Notes: generated from the letters alone by a model not told the origin. A stretch of DNA of 64,000 nt from Candidatus Doudnabacteria bacterium (GCA_028286905.1 JAQBQP010000001.1:143114-207113); one strand, 5' to 3'; positions 41,464 to 51,454 are shown, counted from the stretch's first letter. Numbers and translations: made by a program.

Positions 41464-43926
41464 CTACTGCATTATTGTGCTAGAAGCTACTCTGTCTCCC
41501 GGATCCAAACGCATTATTCGAACGCCTTGGGTCGCTCTGCCTAAGGTAGAGATATTTCCCAGCTTCGTTCGTAACGCTTGTCCGCTCTGGGAAAGCATTA
41601 CTAGGTCATGCTCTTCACTACCGGAAATAATATGCATTGAAATAATTTTTCCAGTTTTGTCTGTAATCTTTAAAGTCTTGATTCCAGACCCGCCTCGCTT
41701 TTGAATCTTATAAAACTCTAAATCAGTTTTTTTACCAAGACCATTCTCAGTAACGATCAGTACTTGAAGATCTTTAACATTTCGATCTTTACTAATCAAA
41801 TCCATGCTCATTAACAGGTCTTTACCTTTCATGCGCATTCCGCGAACACCAGCTGCTCCTCTGCCCATTGGGCGGATATCTTTTTCGCTAAAGCGAATTG
41901 CTTGGCCGAGCTCAGTTGAAAGCATAATTTGGTCGTCACCATTCGAGAATCGAACCCACTTTAATTCATCATCGCCTTTTAACTTAATCGCGATCATTCC
42001 GGATCTGCGAACCTTAGCAAAAGCATCACGCTCAACTTTTTTAATTAAACCTTGCTTAGTCGCCATTACCAAGTATTTTGCAGGGTTCTTTTTGGATTGA
42101 GCTAAAATTGCGGTGGTGTACTCTCCCGCAGAAAGCTGCAAGAAGTTTACAAGCGCCTGCCCTTTGGCAACACGAGAGCTTTCTGGAATTTCATAAACCT
42201 TAGTTTGGAAAACCCGGCCCTTGTTGGTATAAAAGCTAATGTCGTCATGAGTGTTTGCGCTCAAAATATTGTCTACGACATCTTCTTCTTTAGTAGTCAT
42301 ACCAATTACGCCCTTGCCACCTCTGCCTTGAGCCTTATAGACGTCTGGTGCCATACGCTTGATGTAGCCGGACTTGGTAGTTGCGATCATGACGTTTTCT
42401 TCAGGGATCAAGTCCTCTGCTTTAAACTGTCCGATTGGAGAAGCAATAACTGCGGTGCGACGTTCATCACCAAACTTCTCTTTCATTTCGACTACTTCTT
42501 TTTTAATGATCCCAAAAATTTTCTTTGGAGATTTTAGGATATCTTCTAATTCAGCAATAAGTTTACGCTTCTCTTCTAACTCATCTTCAATTCTTTTTCT
42601 TTCCAAGCCAGCAAGGGTCTGTAAGCGCATGTCTAAGATTGCACGGGTTTGAATCTCAGAAAGTTTAAACTTCTTGATTAAGTTTACAAACGCTTCTTCC
42701 TTAGTGGGAGATTTTTTGATAACCTGAATCACTTCGTCGATATGGTCTAGGGCGATGCTTAAACCTTCTAAAATGTGAGCACGGTCTTTAGCTTTTTGTA
42801 ATTCAAATTCTGTGCGACGACGGATAACAATTTGGCGGTGTTCAAGGTACTTTTGTAAGATCGTATGTAAATTCAAAACCATTGGTTCAATACCATCCAC
42901 CAAAGCTAGCATGTTCATGTGGAAAGTTTCTTGCAGTTGGCTGTAGCTAAATAGTTGGTTCAAAATTTTGTTTGGAAGCGCATCTTTTTTTAAATCGACT
43001 ACAACACGCACGCCGTCTTTATCAGACTCGTCACGTACATCGCGGATTCCTTCTACTTTTTTATCACGAACTAAATCCGCAAACTTTTGCAGCAGAGTCG
43101 CCTTGTTTACCCGATAAGGAATTTCATTGATGATAATTTGGAAAGCACCGGTCTTAGTTTCTACGATTTCCGTTTTAGCACGCATGACAATACTGCCTTT
43201 ACCTGTGGCATAAGCGGCGCGAATAGCAGCGACATCGTAAATAATTCCGCCAGTTGGGAAATCCGGACCTTTAACAAATTCTAATAAATCTTCAGTAGTC
43301 GCTTTTGGGTTATCTATTAAAGTAATAATGGCATCACAAAGTTCGTGCAAATTATGTGGGGGAATGTCTGTGGCCATACCTACGGCAATTCCAAGCGTTC
43401 CGTTCAATAAAAGATTTGGCAGTTTTCCTGGCAAAACTGAAGGTTCTTGTTTTCTGCCATCATAGTTGTCTCTAAAATCTACCGTAGCTTTGTCGATGTC
43501 TGTCAGTAGCTCTTCAGCGATATGGCTCATTCTAGCCTCGGTATAACGATATGCAGCCGCGCCGTCGCCATCCATGCTACCGAAGTTTCCTTGGCCGTCT
43601 ACTAATGGATAGCGCATCGCAAAGTCTTGAGCCATATGCACCATCGAATCGTAAACAGCAGCATCACCGTGCGGGTGGTAGCTACCTAAAACTTCTCCGA
43701 CCACGGTCGCAGATTTTCTATATTTTGCAGTATGCGTTAAGCCCAGTTCGTGCATTGAATATAAAATTCTACGATGCACGGGTTTCAAGCCATCACGAAC
43801 ATCGGGTAAAGCACGATCAACAATTACGCTCATCGCGTAATCAAGGAAGCTTTCCTGCATTTCTGATTCAATCGTTCTCTGACGGAGCAGTCCGATTTCA
43901 GAAGTATTTTTCTTATCTTCAGCCAT
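41464..43926 (-). CDS. gyrA: DNA gyrase subunit A
   Basis: [16 protein letters not shown], GyrA-box QGRGGKG. Confidence 0.99.
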   Translation of the reverse strand: MAEDKKNTSEIGLLRQRTIESEMQESFLDYAMSVIVDRALPDVRDGLKPVHRRILYSMHELGLTHTAKYRKSATVVGEVLGSYHPHGDAAVYDSMVHMAQDFAMRYPLVDGQGNFGSMDGDGAAAYRYTEARMSHIAEELLTDIDKATVDFRDNYDGRKQEPSVLPGKLPNLLLNGTLGIAVGMATDIPPHNLHELCDAIITLIDNPKATTEDLLEFVKGPDFPTGGIIYDVAAIRAAYATGKGSIVMRAKTEIVETKTGAFQIIINEIPYRVNKATLLQKFADLVRDKKVEGIRDVRDESDKDGVRVVVDLKKDALPNKILNQLFSYSQLQETFHMNMLALVDGIEPMVLNLHTILQKYLEHRQIVIRRRTEFELQKAKDRAHILEGLSIALDHIDEVIQVIKKSPTKEEAFVNLIKKFKLSEIQTRAILDMRLQTLAGLERKRIEDELEEKRKLIAELEDILKSPKKIFGIIKKEVVEMKEKFGDERRTAVIASPIGQFKAEDLIPEENVMIATTKSGYIKRMAPDVYKAQGRGGKGVIGMTTKEEDVVDNILSANTHDDISFYTNKGRVFQTKVYEIPESSRVAKGQALVNFLQLSAGEYTTAILAQSKKNPAKYLVMATKQGLIKKVERDAFAKVRRSGMIAIKLKGDDELKWVRFSNGDDQIMLSTELGQAIRFSEKDIRPMGRGAAGVRGMRMKGKDLLMSMDLISKDRNVKDLQVLIVTENGLGKKTDLEFYKIQKRGGSGIKTLKITDKTGKIISMHIISGSEEHDLVMLSQSGQALRTKLGNISTLGRATQGVRIMRLDPGDRVASSTIMQ

Positions 43927-43929
43927 AAA

Positions 43930-44145
43930 TTATTGATTATTAGTATTTGGATTATCTAGTTTGAAACTCTTTATGCCTGTGCCAATTGTTTTAAACAAGT
44001 CAGTGTTCTTTTTGGTTGAGTCGTTATAGCGTCCAACCAAAATCCATAAGATTATTAGAACCACAGCTGCTATCGCGGTGATTTGCCAAATCAATTTAAT
44101 TTTTTCTTCGCGAGATTTTTTTCGAACGTTTTCTAGCCAAGCCAT
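43930..44145 (-). CDS. Small single-TM protein
   Basis: One hydrophobic helix; tightly packed between the MBL gene and gyrA. Confidence 0.7.
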   Translation of the reverse strand: MAWLENVRKKSREEKIKLIWQITAIAAVVLIILWILVGRYNDSTKKNTDLFKTIGTGIKSFKLDNPNTNNQ

Positions 44146-44148
44146 TTT

Positions 44149-44781
44149 TTACCTCAAAGGTTCTAAGACTATTACTCTTATTGGTGCATCTGCAACAAAT
44201 TCTTTTTTCTTGATGCTTAGCTTTTCCATTGTCTCTGCCTTGCCACCCATTTCTTTTAAGAACTTTTCTTCGCTTGCCGCATCAATCTTTAAACCATTCA
44301 TTTTATAATGCATTGGAATTACAATCTTTGGTTCGATAAAGTTCACGGTCTTTGCTGCTTCATCGTATTCGAGTACATCTCCACCGCCAATTGGTATTAA
44401 GAGAATATCCACTTCACCAATGTCTTCAATTTCATCCTGGGTCAATGCCAATTTTTTGATGTGCGCCATGAACAGGATTTTAATTCCTTCTAACTCTATT
44501 AAATAAATCGTAATAACTTTGCCGTCTTTATCTTTTACCGGAATTCCAGTAATAGTATGTTCTTTAACATCATATTCTCCAGGGCCATCCACTATAAATG
44601 GTTCGCCAGAAATGCTGGATGAATAAGAGTAAAGCTCATTATCCTTCTCCGATAAAATTAAAAGATCGGCATTCCCTCTTGGAGGGGTAAGGCCGGATTC
44701 TTTGGAGAACGGGTCAAGGATTGAGGTAGTATCTTTGGAAGAAAACTTGAACGAGCTGAGCCCGAAATATTGGATTTGCAT
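44149..44781 (-). CDS. MBL-fold hydrolase-like protein
   Basis: GLSSFK, DPF, GPGEY, VDILLIPIGG, PKIVIPMHY; metal His motif degenerate. Confidence 0.85.
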   Translation of the reverse strand: MQIQYFGLSSFKFSSKDTTSILDPFSKESGLTPPRGNADLLILSEKDNELYSYSSSISGEPFIVDGPGEYDVKEHTITGIPVKDKDGKVITIYLIELEGIKILFMAHIKKLALTQDEIEDIGEVDILLIPIGGGDVLEYDEAAKTVNFIEPKIVIPMHYKMNGLKIDAASEEKFLKEMGGKAETMEKLSIKKKEFVADAPIRVIVLEPLR

Positions 44782-44848
44782 GTCCTTATTTTAACAAAAA
44801 ACGAGCTAATTTGGAAGGCTTAAAAAGCCTATAAAACTAAACGGACTC

Positions 44849-45424
44849 TTATTCAGAGTCCGTTCGGGTTAAAGGTTCGAGATCAATACCACAGAGCGTA
44901 CAATAGCCTTCGTACTGAAGAAAAATTGCGCGCGGGTGACCAGCTCGGCACTCGATCATTCGATGGTGTGCCAGGCTCCTGCCGTTCAGCGCCAAGAAGA
45001 CTTTGTGTGCGAAATGCGCGTTCTTTTCACCGCAGCATTCGCAGAATCGGCAATCGGCTTGGACCTGCTCACCGCACGAAGGCTCTTCGCACAAGGTGGT
45101 TTGTCCATACTGCCCGAGAGCGTAGAGGTGTCCCCTCAATGTATCGTGATTAGGCGCGTTCGCGGTGTCGCCAGCCGCTTGCTCAAGCTCTTGGATTTTT
45201 TTCTCAACGAAGGCATTTGATTTTTTCAGCCGGCTAGCAATAACCGCTGATTCAATCCCTTCAGAATGCATTCGAAGAATAAGAAAATCTTCGGCTGGAA
45301 TTGTTCGCGCCAGTTCCCAGCACTTTCGACTGAGTTCCTGGAAGAGCATCTCAATCTCATCATCGAGAAGAGAGTCCTGGTCGTCCTCATTGTTCTCCTC
45401 GGGTTCGGGGTCTATCCAAGTCAT
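44849..45424 (-). CDS. HTH plus multi-Zn-ribbon protein, paralog B (191 aa)
   Basis: SD GAGG; ATG overlaps upstream TGA (ATGA); FLILRMHSEG..IASRL; CEEPSC, CECC, ECRAGHP..YCTLCG. Confidence 0.8.
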   Translation of the reverse strand: MTWIDPEPEENNEDDQDSLLDDEIEMLFQELSRKCWELARTIPAEDFLILRMHSEGIESAVIASRLKKSNAFVEKKIQELEQAAGDTANAPNHDTLRGHLYALGQYGQTTLCEEPSCGEQVQADCRFCECCGEKNAHFAHKVFLALNGRSLAHHRMIECRAGHPRAIFLQYEGYCTLCGIDLEPLTRTDSE

Positions 45425-46077
45425 AATTCCTCGTCGTTTTCGAATTGCCCAAGGATCGGCGCGAGATCTGTGCCGCACAGATTGCAATACCCGACGCACC
45501 GATACTTAATCGCTATTGGGTGGCCAACATGGCATTCACCAGCGCACTCTTCTTCATATGAGTTGCCTCGTACTTGAAGAAAGATCCGAGCGTCGAACTC
45601 GCTATTTGGCTTACCGCACTGGACGCAGTACTTAAGGTCTTCGTGCTGGAAAAAGCCGCAATTTGAACAGCGAGTTTGATAGCCGTATTCAGCTAAGGCA
45701 TGCATTGCTTCATCAAGGTTTGGCACCCAACGCAGCAGGTGTACAGTGGCAATGCGTTCTGCCGAGGCGCGAACCCCGGCAATTTCCTCAGGCGTAATAC
45801 TCAGCCTGTTTGCAATTTGATCTTCCGACAGAAATGTCAGTAGCCGAAGGATCAAAAACGCGTCTTCTCTAAGCAAGGCTGCCGCTGCAGCCGCTCGCTC
45901 CCGTACAATCTGCTCGTTCTTTTCTGCGCGCTTGAATTTCTCGAATGTTTGGGGTTGTCCAGGTTCTGCCCCTGTCGACTCGTCTGACTTGAAGATTTTG
46001 AACGAATCTGAGTGTATTCCCTCGGGGTTCCAGGCGTTGTCGTCTGAATTTTCCCAAGGATCTCTTTCCTTTTTCAT
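45421..46077 (-). CDS. HTH plus multi-Zn-ribbon protein, paralog A (218 aa)
   Basis: SD GGAGG before ATG 46077; FLILRLLTF..IANRL; CSNC, CVQC, ECHVGHP..YCNLCG. Confidence 0.8.
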   Translation of the reverse strand: MKKERDPWENSDDNAWNPEGIHSDSFKIFKSDESTGAEPGQPQTFEKFKRAEKNEQIVRERAAAAAALLREDAFLILRLLTFLSEDQIANRLSITPEEIAGVRASAERIATVHLLRWVPNLDEAMHALAEYGYQTRCSNCGFFQHEDLKYCVQCGKPNSEFDARIFLQVRGNSYEEECAGECHVGHPIAIKYRCVGYCNLCGTDLAPILGQFENDEEL

Positions 46078-46104
46078 ACATCCTCCGGGAAGTTGGTTGA
46101 ATCT

Positions 46105-46155
46105 AGTATACATCCATTAAAACCTCTTGCCAAAGACCCTGCCTTCGCCTATACT
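46105..46155. promoter_or_regulatory. Back-to-back promoters with overlapping -35 elements
   Basis: Plus: TTGCCA(46127)-17-TATACT(46150). Minus: TTGGCA(46133)-17-TATACT(46110). Confidence 0.75.
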
Positions 46156-46296
46156 ACCACTACTTAATGACTCGGCGCGTTAACTCAATAATTAACAATT
46201 CATTAAGTCTTAGAAATAAGCGCGCTATTAAGAATTAACCAATTAAATAGATTTTCTAAATCTATCTCAGGTTAATTCTGGGATTTTATTATATAT

Positions 46297-47490
46297 ATGG
46301 CAGATATCCAAACAATGAACGATTTACTCCAAAGCGGAGTTGAAATCAAAGTATTAAAGCCTGGTGACATGATTGCCGGCAAGATTCTAACAGTAGGTAA
46401 AAATGAAGTTTATGTAGATATTGAAGGTTACGGCATTGGTGTGGTTCGTGGTCGTGAATTATACGATGATGAAGCTACCCTATCGAACTTAAAAGCTGGT
46501 GCTGAAGTTTACGCTTCAGTAGTGGAAACTGAAAACAAAGATGGCAATATTGAATTGTCATTCAGACAAGCTGGTCAGGAAAGAGTATGGACCACTCTTC
46601 AAGATAAATTGACTACTAAAGAAGTTATTAGAACAAAGATCTTGGAAGCAAACAAAGGTGGTTTGATGGTAGAGATTAACAATGTTGTTGGCTTCTTGCC
46701 AGTATCTCAACTTGCTACCGAACACTACCCTCGCGTAGAAGACGGCGACAAGAACAAGATTCTTTCAGTATTGAACAGCTATGTTGGTACAATGTTTGAT
46801 GTTCAAATTATCACAGCTGATCAACAAGAAGAAAAGTTGATCGTTTCTGAAAAAGCGGTTTTTGAAAAAGAATTGCAAGACAGAATCAGCAAACTTAAAA
46901 TTGGTGATACAGTTACCGGAACAGTTTCAGGTATCGTCGACTTCGGTGTGTTTGTGAAGTTTGGTGAACTTGAAGGTTTGGTACACATTTCTGAATTGGC
47001 TTGGCAAAGAATCGAACACCCAAAAGATATTGTAAAAGTTGGTCAAGAAGTTAAATGTATCGTAATTGGTTTGGACAAAGGTAGAATTTCTTTGTCGATG
47101 AAGCAATTAGAAAAAGATCCATGGCAGGATTCAGTAAAGAAATATCAAATTGGTCAGGTTGTTAAAGGTAAAGTTTCTAAGGTAATGCCATTCGGCGTAT
47201 TCGTAGAACTTGATGATCAAATTCAAGGCCTTGCTCATTTGATGGAACTTTCCCACGACGAAGTTAAAAATCCAGAAGATATCTTAAAAGTTGGTGACAA
47301 AAAAGAATTTAAAATTATCTCAATTGAACCGCAAGAGCATAGATTAGGACTGTCTATTAAAGCGCTTCATGAAAAGCCAGCTGCCAAAGAAGATAAAGCA
47401 GCGGACAAAGACGCAGAAGTTAAAGAAGAAATGAAAGAAGAGCAGGCGGAAGTAGAAGAAGAAAAAATGGAAGAGTCAAAGCCTGAATAA
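46297..47490 (+). CDS. rpsA: 30S ribosomal protein S1 (four S1 domains)
   Basis: GFLPVSQL, FGVFV..GLVHISEL, FGVFVEL..GLAHLMELS. Confidence 0.93.
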   Translation: MADIQTMNDLLQSGVEIKVLKPGDMIAGKILTVGKNEVYVDIEGYGIGVVRGRELYDDEATLSNLKAGAEVYASVVETENKDGNIELSFRQAGQERVWTTLQDKLTTKEVIRTKILEANKGGLMVEINNVVGFLPVSQLATEHYPRVEDGDKNKILSVLNSYVGTMFDVQIITADQQEEKLIVSEKAVFEKELQDRISKLKIGDTVTGTVSGIVDFGVFVKFGELEGLVHISELAWQRIEHPKDIVKVGQEVKCIVIGLDKGRISLSMKQLEKDPWQDSVKKYQIGQVVKGKVSKVMPFGVFVELDDQIQGLAHLMELSHDEVKNPEDILKVGDKKEFKIISIEPQEHRLGLSIKALHEKPAAKEDKAADKDAEVKEEMKEEQAEVEEEKMEESKPE

Positions 47491-47528
47491 ATACAGTAAA
47501 TTAAATACCGCCCATAAGGCGGTATTTT

Positions 47529-47831
47529 TTATATTTCTAACCCCTGATTGATTTTTAAAAGTTTTTCAAAATTGTCATTCGGAGATGTTTTATTATTTTT
47601 TTCGTAACCACAAATAGTGCATTGGTGTTTGATTACATATTCACCATTTTTAAGAAATACTTGAACTGGTTTCATTAAGCCACCACAGCTACTAGCTCTA
47701 TCTCCGGGGTTAATATCTACGTGCTTGCTGTATAAGCAATTAGGGCAATGGTTGGTATAACCATCTCCTTTTACTAGATTGTTGCAATGCTCGCAAGTGA
47801 AGTTTTCAATTTTTCTGGTGAACTTTTTCAT
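47529..47831 (-). CDS. RNHCP domain zinc-binding protein
   Basis: FTCEHC..TNHCPNCLYSKHVD..PGDRAS.CGGLM..HQCTICG. Confidence 0.9.
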   Translation of the reverse strand: MKKFTRKIENFTCEHCNNLVKGDGYTNHCPNCLYSKHVDINPGDRASSCGGLMKPVQVFLKNGEYVIKHQCTICGYEKNNKTSPNDNFEKLLKINQGLEI

Positions 47832-47951
47832 TTACAGTAGTTTAGCAAATTTACCATCTATATAAAAACAAGACCCGCTGACTTTCGCCAGCGGGTGCTT
47901 ATTTGTTTTTCCCTATCTTCCTCCGTCAAGATAAGGGAGACAATTTGTTCG

Positions 47952-48980
47952 TTACAGGATTTCGAGTTTTCGAGTGTTCATGTCCACTACCGCCGTGAGA
48001 ACTTCGAGATGTTTGAGCAGATCAGGCGTGTGAGCTTCGATTACGTCCCGTGCGTATGCGCTTAGGAACTTCGTCTTTTCAATTGCCAATTGGCGATCTG
48101 GACCTACCGGCTTGCGGTAAGCTGCGGAGGTCATCAAGACCAAACCATCTGCGCCGTTAACCCTGCCGGAGACGATGTTGTCCTGAAGCAGAATTGCCGC
48201 AGTCTTGATTGGTCCAGTTATGTCCGGTGAGTATGGGCCGACAAGAAAAGCGGCGTTGATCTCGTGTAGCCAATCGAACCCACTGCCGATACCAATCATC
48301 CACTCCTTGTGTTCTACTTCGGAGTTCGGGCGGTTCGATGCACGTATTTCCTTGATGTGCTTGAGGTTTCCTGCCAACAGCGGCAAAAAATCCGTTTGCA
48401 CTTGTTCAGGCATCGATGGGTACAGGCGCTTGATCAGGTCCTTTAATTCTGCGGATGACGCCGTTTCGTTCAGTTCGGACAGGTCGACACGTTCGCCATT
48501 TTCTCCGTGGAGGATTAGTGCATCCAGGTCGGTTTCGATTCCGCAGACAATTGAGGTTACAGCCTGACCTTTGAAGACAGTACTAATCTGTTGCTTCAGG
48601 GTGGCCATCTCCAAAAGTGCGGCGTCGGTGTTATAGTCGAAGCCTCTGCAACCGCGGTGTGCGTCTCCTCTGGAGAAATGGTAGGTTACCAAGACTAAAC
48701 ACGGTCTTGCTCGGCTGATTGCGTAGGATACCCATTCGTTGAGAGTGGTTTGGAAGTGAGCCCAGCCCAAGTTAAACCGACCACCGAGATTTCGGAACGG
48801 TCGGATTATGCCCAACGGAGTTTGTGTGATTATCGGCAAGTGAAGCCTGCCGTCCATGCATTTCAGCACGGCGATTTCCGTTGGATGCTGGCTGCGGTAC
48901 AAACTGCGATCCAGTGCTTGGTTGAGGAAGCTGGTTGAGCTACTTGCATTCAAATCAACGAGGTGTTTTATCCTATTCAA
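47952..48980 (-). CDS. CsoSCA-like beta-class carbonic anhydrase
   Basis: CMDGRL, YHFSRGDAHRGC, ETDLDALILHG; SD AAGGAG with TTG start; own terminator at ~47870-47900. Confidence 0.75.
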   Translation of the reverse strand: MNRIKHLVDLNASSSTSFLNQALDRSLYRSQHPTEIAVLKCMDGRLHLPIITQTPLGIIRPFRNLGGRFNLGWAHFQTTLNEWVSYAISRARPCLVLVTYHFSRGDAHRGCRGFDYNTDAALLEMATLKQQISTVFKGQAVTSIVCGIETDLDALILHGENGERVDLSELNETASSAELKDLIKRLYPSMPEQVQTDFLPLLAGNLKHIKEIRASNRPNSEVEHKEWMIGIGSGFDWLHEINAAFLVGPYSPDITGPIKTAAILLQDNIVSGRVNGADGLVLMTSAAYRKPVGPDRQLAIEKTKFLSAYARDVIEAHTPDLLKHLEVLTAVVDMNTRKLEIL

Positions 48981-49117
48981 AGCTGTTCTCCTTTAGTGAT
49001 CTTATTGTTTCCCTTCTACCCGCGTGGGTAGGAAAATATATTAGCAAAAATATTTAGAATTGAAAAGTTTCAAATAAAATAGCGATCACAAAATGTGCCG
49101 CTATCTAAAAATTAACT

Positions 49118-49204
49118 TGGTGCCTGGGGCGGGAATCGAACCCGCAAGCCCTTACGAGCAAGGGATTTTAAGTCCCTCGTGTATACCAATTCCACCACCC
49201 AGGC
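49118..49204 (-). tRNA. tRNA-Leu(UAA)
   Basis: AGGGA CTTAAAA TCCCT, long variable arm, CCA. Confidence 0.95.
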
Positions 49205-49243
49205 TCGAATGTATTATTAAAAGTTTTTTGGCGTTGCCAAATT

Positions 49244-49318
<75 letters not shown>

Positions 49319-49403
49319 AAAAATGCTTTAATATCTTAGCGAATAAAGCATTATTAATCAAGGCAAAAACAAAACTCCTCCGGAATACCGGAGGAGTTTA
49401 AAA

Positions 49404-50012
49404 TTAACTTTCTTGTGGGAACTGTTGTTCGATTTTATTCAAATCTGTGTAAACGCTTTTAGTTGCTCTTATCCAGGAAGTACTTCTAGGATAAACGTAA
49501 ATTCCGTTCATCTTATCTAGTGTCCATCCATCATAACGCTTGCTTAAGAGTCCTTGTAAGTCGACAATCCAGTCAGCCTTGGTTTCGTATTTCTTCAAAC
49601 CAGCATAACCTTGGTCGTATCTTGCGTATATACCGCTACAGTTGTTGTAGTAACAGTGCTGTCCCATAGTGCTTTCCGCATTAGAGATCGCAATAATTGT
49701 TTTCCAGTCTTTTTGCGCTAATATTATGCCTGCGTAATCTGCTAACGGAGAATTTCTTTTTTCCAGGTATTCTGTTAGTAATGCCACCTGCTTATCAGCA
49801 TTTTCTTTTTTTATTTGGGAAATTTTATTTTCGGGACTCAGTAATGAATCCGGGTTTTCAGTTTTGATTTCAAAAACTTGGCTGTTTTCCTGACCAACGA
49901 TCTGGGCGTGAGCCTTAGCTACTGGAGTGATCCAAGGAACTAGAGATAACAGAGTTAATATAACTACTGTTTTATCTTTGGCAGATCGTAGGGCATTCAA
50001 AGAAGCGGTCAT
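49404..50012 (-). CDS. Exported lysozyme-fold/glucosaminidase-like protein
   Basis: Signal peptide; YLEKRNSPLA..IAISNAESTMG..NNCSGI pattern. Confidence 0.6.
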   Translation of the reverse strand: MTASLNALRSAKDKTVVILTLLSLVPWITPVAKAHAQIVGQENSQVFEIKTENPDSLLSPENKISQIKKENADKQVALLTEYLEKRNSPLADYAGIILAQKDWKTIIAISNAESTMGQHCYYNNCSGIYARYDQGYAGLKKYETKADWIVDLQGLLSKRYDGWTLDKMNGIYVYPRSTSWIRATKSVYTDLNKIEQQFPQES

Positions 50013-50277
50013 TTTATATGATCAATTCCTTTCTTCCCTAATATTTAGATTAAAGTGTGCAAAAGCCTACAATCAGGCTTTTAAAACCTTTTGCCGAGTT
50101 CTATCTCAGCAGAACCATACTTTATCATACTTAAGACCATTTGTCAAGGAGTTTGTCAAGATGACATTTAGGCCAAAAAATGGTCTAAAAAAGCAAAAAC
50201 CTCAATGAATCAGGTAAAAATTGAAAGAAGCGCTCTACCGTAGGGGGTACGGGAGCGCTTCTGGGCGGTCGATGCGT

Positions 50278-50868
50278 TCATGCAATTTGCGGTAAGCCAG
50301 CAATGTGAAGGCGACGGAGCTGGGCAATATGTCTCACGATCTTGCCCATTAAGGTGTGGTGGATCCATTCCGGGGTATCCTTCGCGTTTACCAGCAAATA
50401 CCGGCCTTTTGGGTAGCGGGTTTTGCTAGCTACCAGGGCTTGCTCCTCTTTGGCGTAGTGGGCCATCACTTCACGGCCTCCTTTGCCATCGATCAGAAAG
50501 ACCACGGCCATTCCTTGCTCGTTAAGGAATTGAGCGTCCTTTAGGAGCTGGCCACAGCTACTGTCACAGAGGTCCACTATTGCAATAGATTCTGCACCCA
50601 AGCTCCCCTCGGCTACCAGCTCGGCTATGCCGGGGTGAACAGGCAGTGAAGGTTCCTTGCAAACCCTTTGCACAAAGATCGTGGTGAATCTCCCTATGTG
50701 CGGGTCGGTGGGAAGCTTAGCGATATCATCGCTTAGCCTCTTAAGGACTTTCATGTGGGCTCGCGAGGATGGCGATTCGGAGATGATTAGGATGACGCGT
50801 TCGCGGGCGCGCCTTTCTGGGTTCTCTCCACTGCGGGGTGTGATCCGCCGGTCGGAAAGCATCGACAT
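50278..50868 (-). CDS. Orphan alpha/beta protein (possibly receiver-like) in a GC-richer islet
   Basis: SD GGAGG before ATG 50868; terminator GAAGCGCTC...GAGCGCTTC at ~50227-50261. Confidence 0.65.
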   Translation of the reverse strand: MSMLSDRRITPRSGENPERRARERVILIISESPSSRAHMKVLKRLSDDIAKLPTDPHIGRFTTIFVQRVCKEPSLPVHPGIAELVAEGSLGAESIAIVDLCDSSCGQLLKDAQFLNEQGMAVVFLIDGKGGREVMAHYAKEEQALVASKTRYPKGRYLLVNAKDTPEWIHHTLMGKIVRHIAQLRRLHIAGLPQIA

Positions 50869-51041
50869 TTGTAACTCCTCCTGAGAGTTCCATGTATACA
50901 TCGCACGGCAACCCCTAGGTTGCTACTTGCTGCGTGCTGCTTACTACTTACATTAAATACCTTAACAAAAGAAAAGACCTTACGGAAGATCGTCAAGGCC
51001 TTTTTTCGTGGACATGTTATGGATAACCTGTTGGTTAGCTG

Positions 51042-51449
51042 TTAATTTTTCGAAATTTCTTGTTTATATTTAGCGTAATCCTCAATATAGTCTTCTCTGT
51101 TGGGATTGTAGTTGGTTGAAGAAACTGCGAGTAAAACTAAGTCGTCAGATAAATTCTTGAACCCGTGCCAAATGTAATTGCCAATATATATTGCGTCTGT
51201 GGGTGCATTTAATAAAATTTCTTCCAAACCTTGTCCCCTATCAATAATCGCGGTACAAGACCCACTTTGAACGATGAACAATTCTTTTTCTTTCAAATGG
51301 CAATGTTGGCCGGTGTCCCCGGTAGGCTTTGTAATAAAATAAATTCTTTTTACTTCAAAATCAATATATTCGTTTAGCTCGACAGGACTCATCACAAAAT
51401 GAGGCGCCTGTATTTTTTTAATTTGAAATTGCTTAAACTCTAAGTGCAT
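51042..51449 (-). CDS. FdtA/QdtA/WxcM cupin sugar isomerase
   Basis: FEVKRIYFI, GQHCH, WHGF, YIEDY; follows rfbB. Confidence 0.88.
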   Translation of the reverse strand: MHLEFKQFQIKKIQAPHFVMSPVELNEYIDFEVKRIYFITKPTGDTGQHCHLKEKELFIVQSGSCTAIIDRGQGLEEILLNAPTDAIYIGNYIWHGFKNLSDDLVLLAVSSTNYNPNREDYIEDYAKYKQEISKN

Positions 51450-51454
51450 GATCT

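Noticed and set aside
50013-50120. c-di-AMP or c-di-GMP riboswitch
   Set aside because: Conserved core motifs of these classes not found by eye
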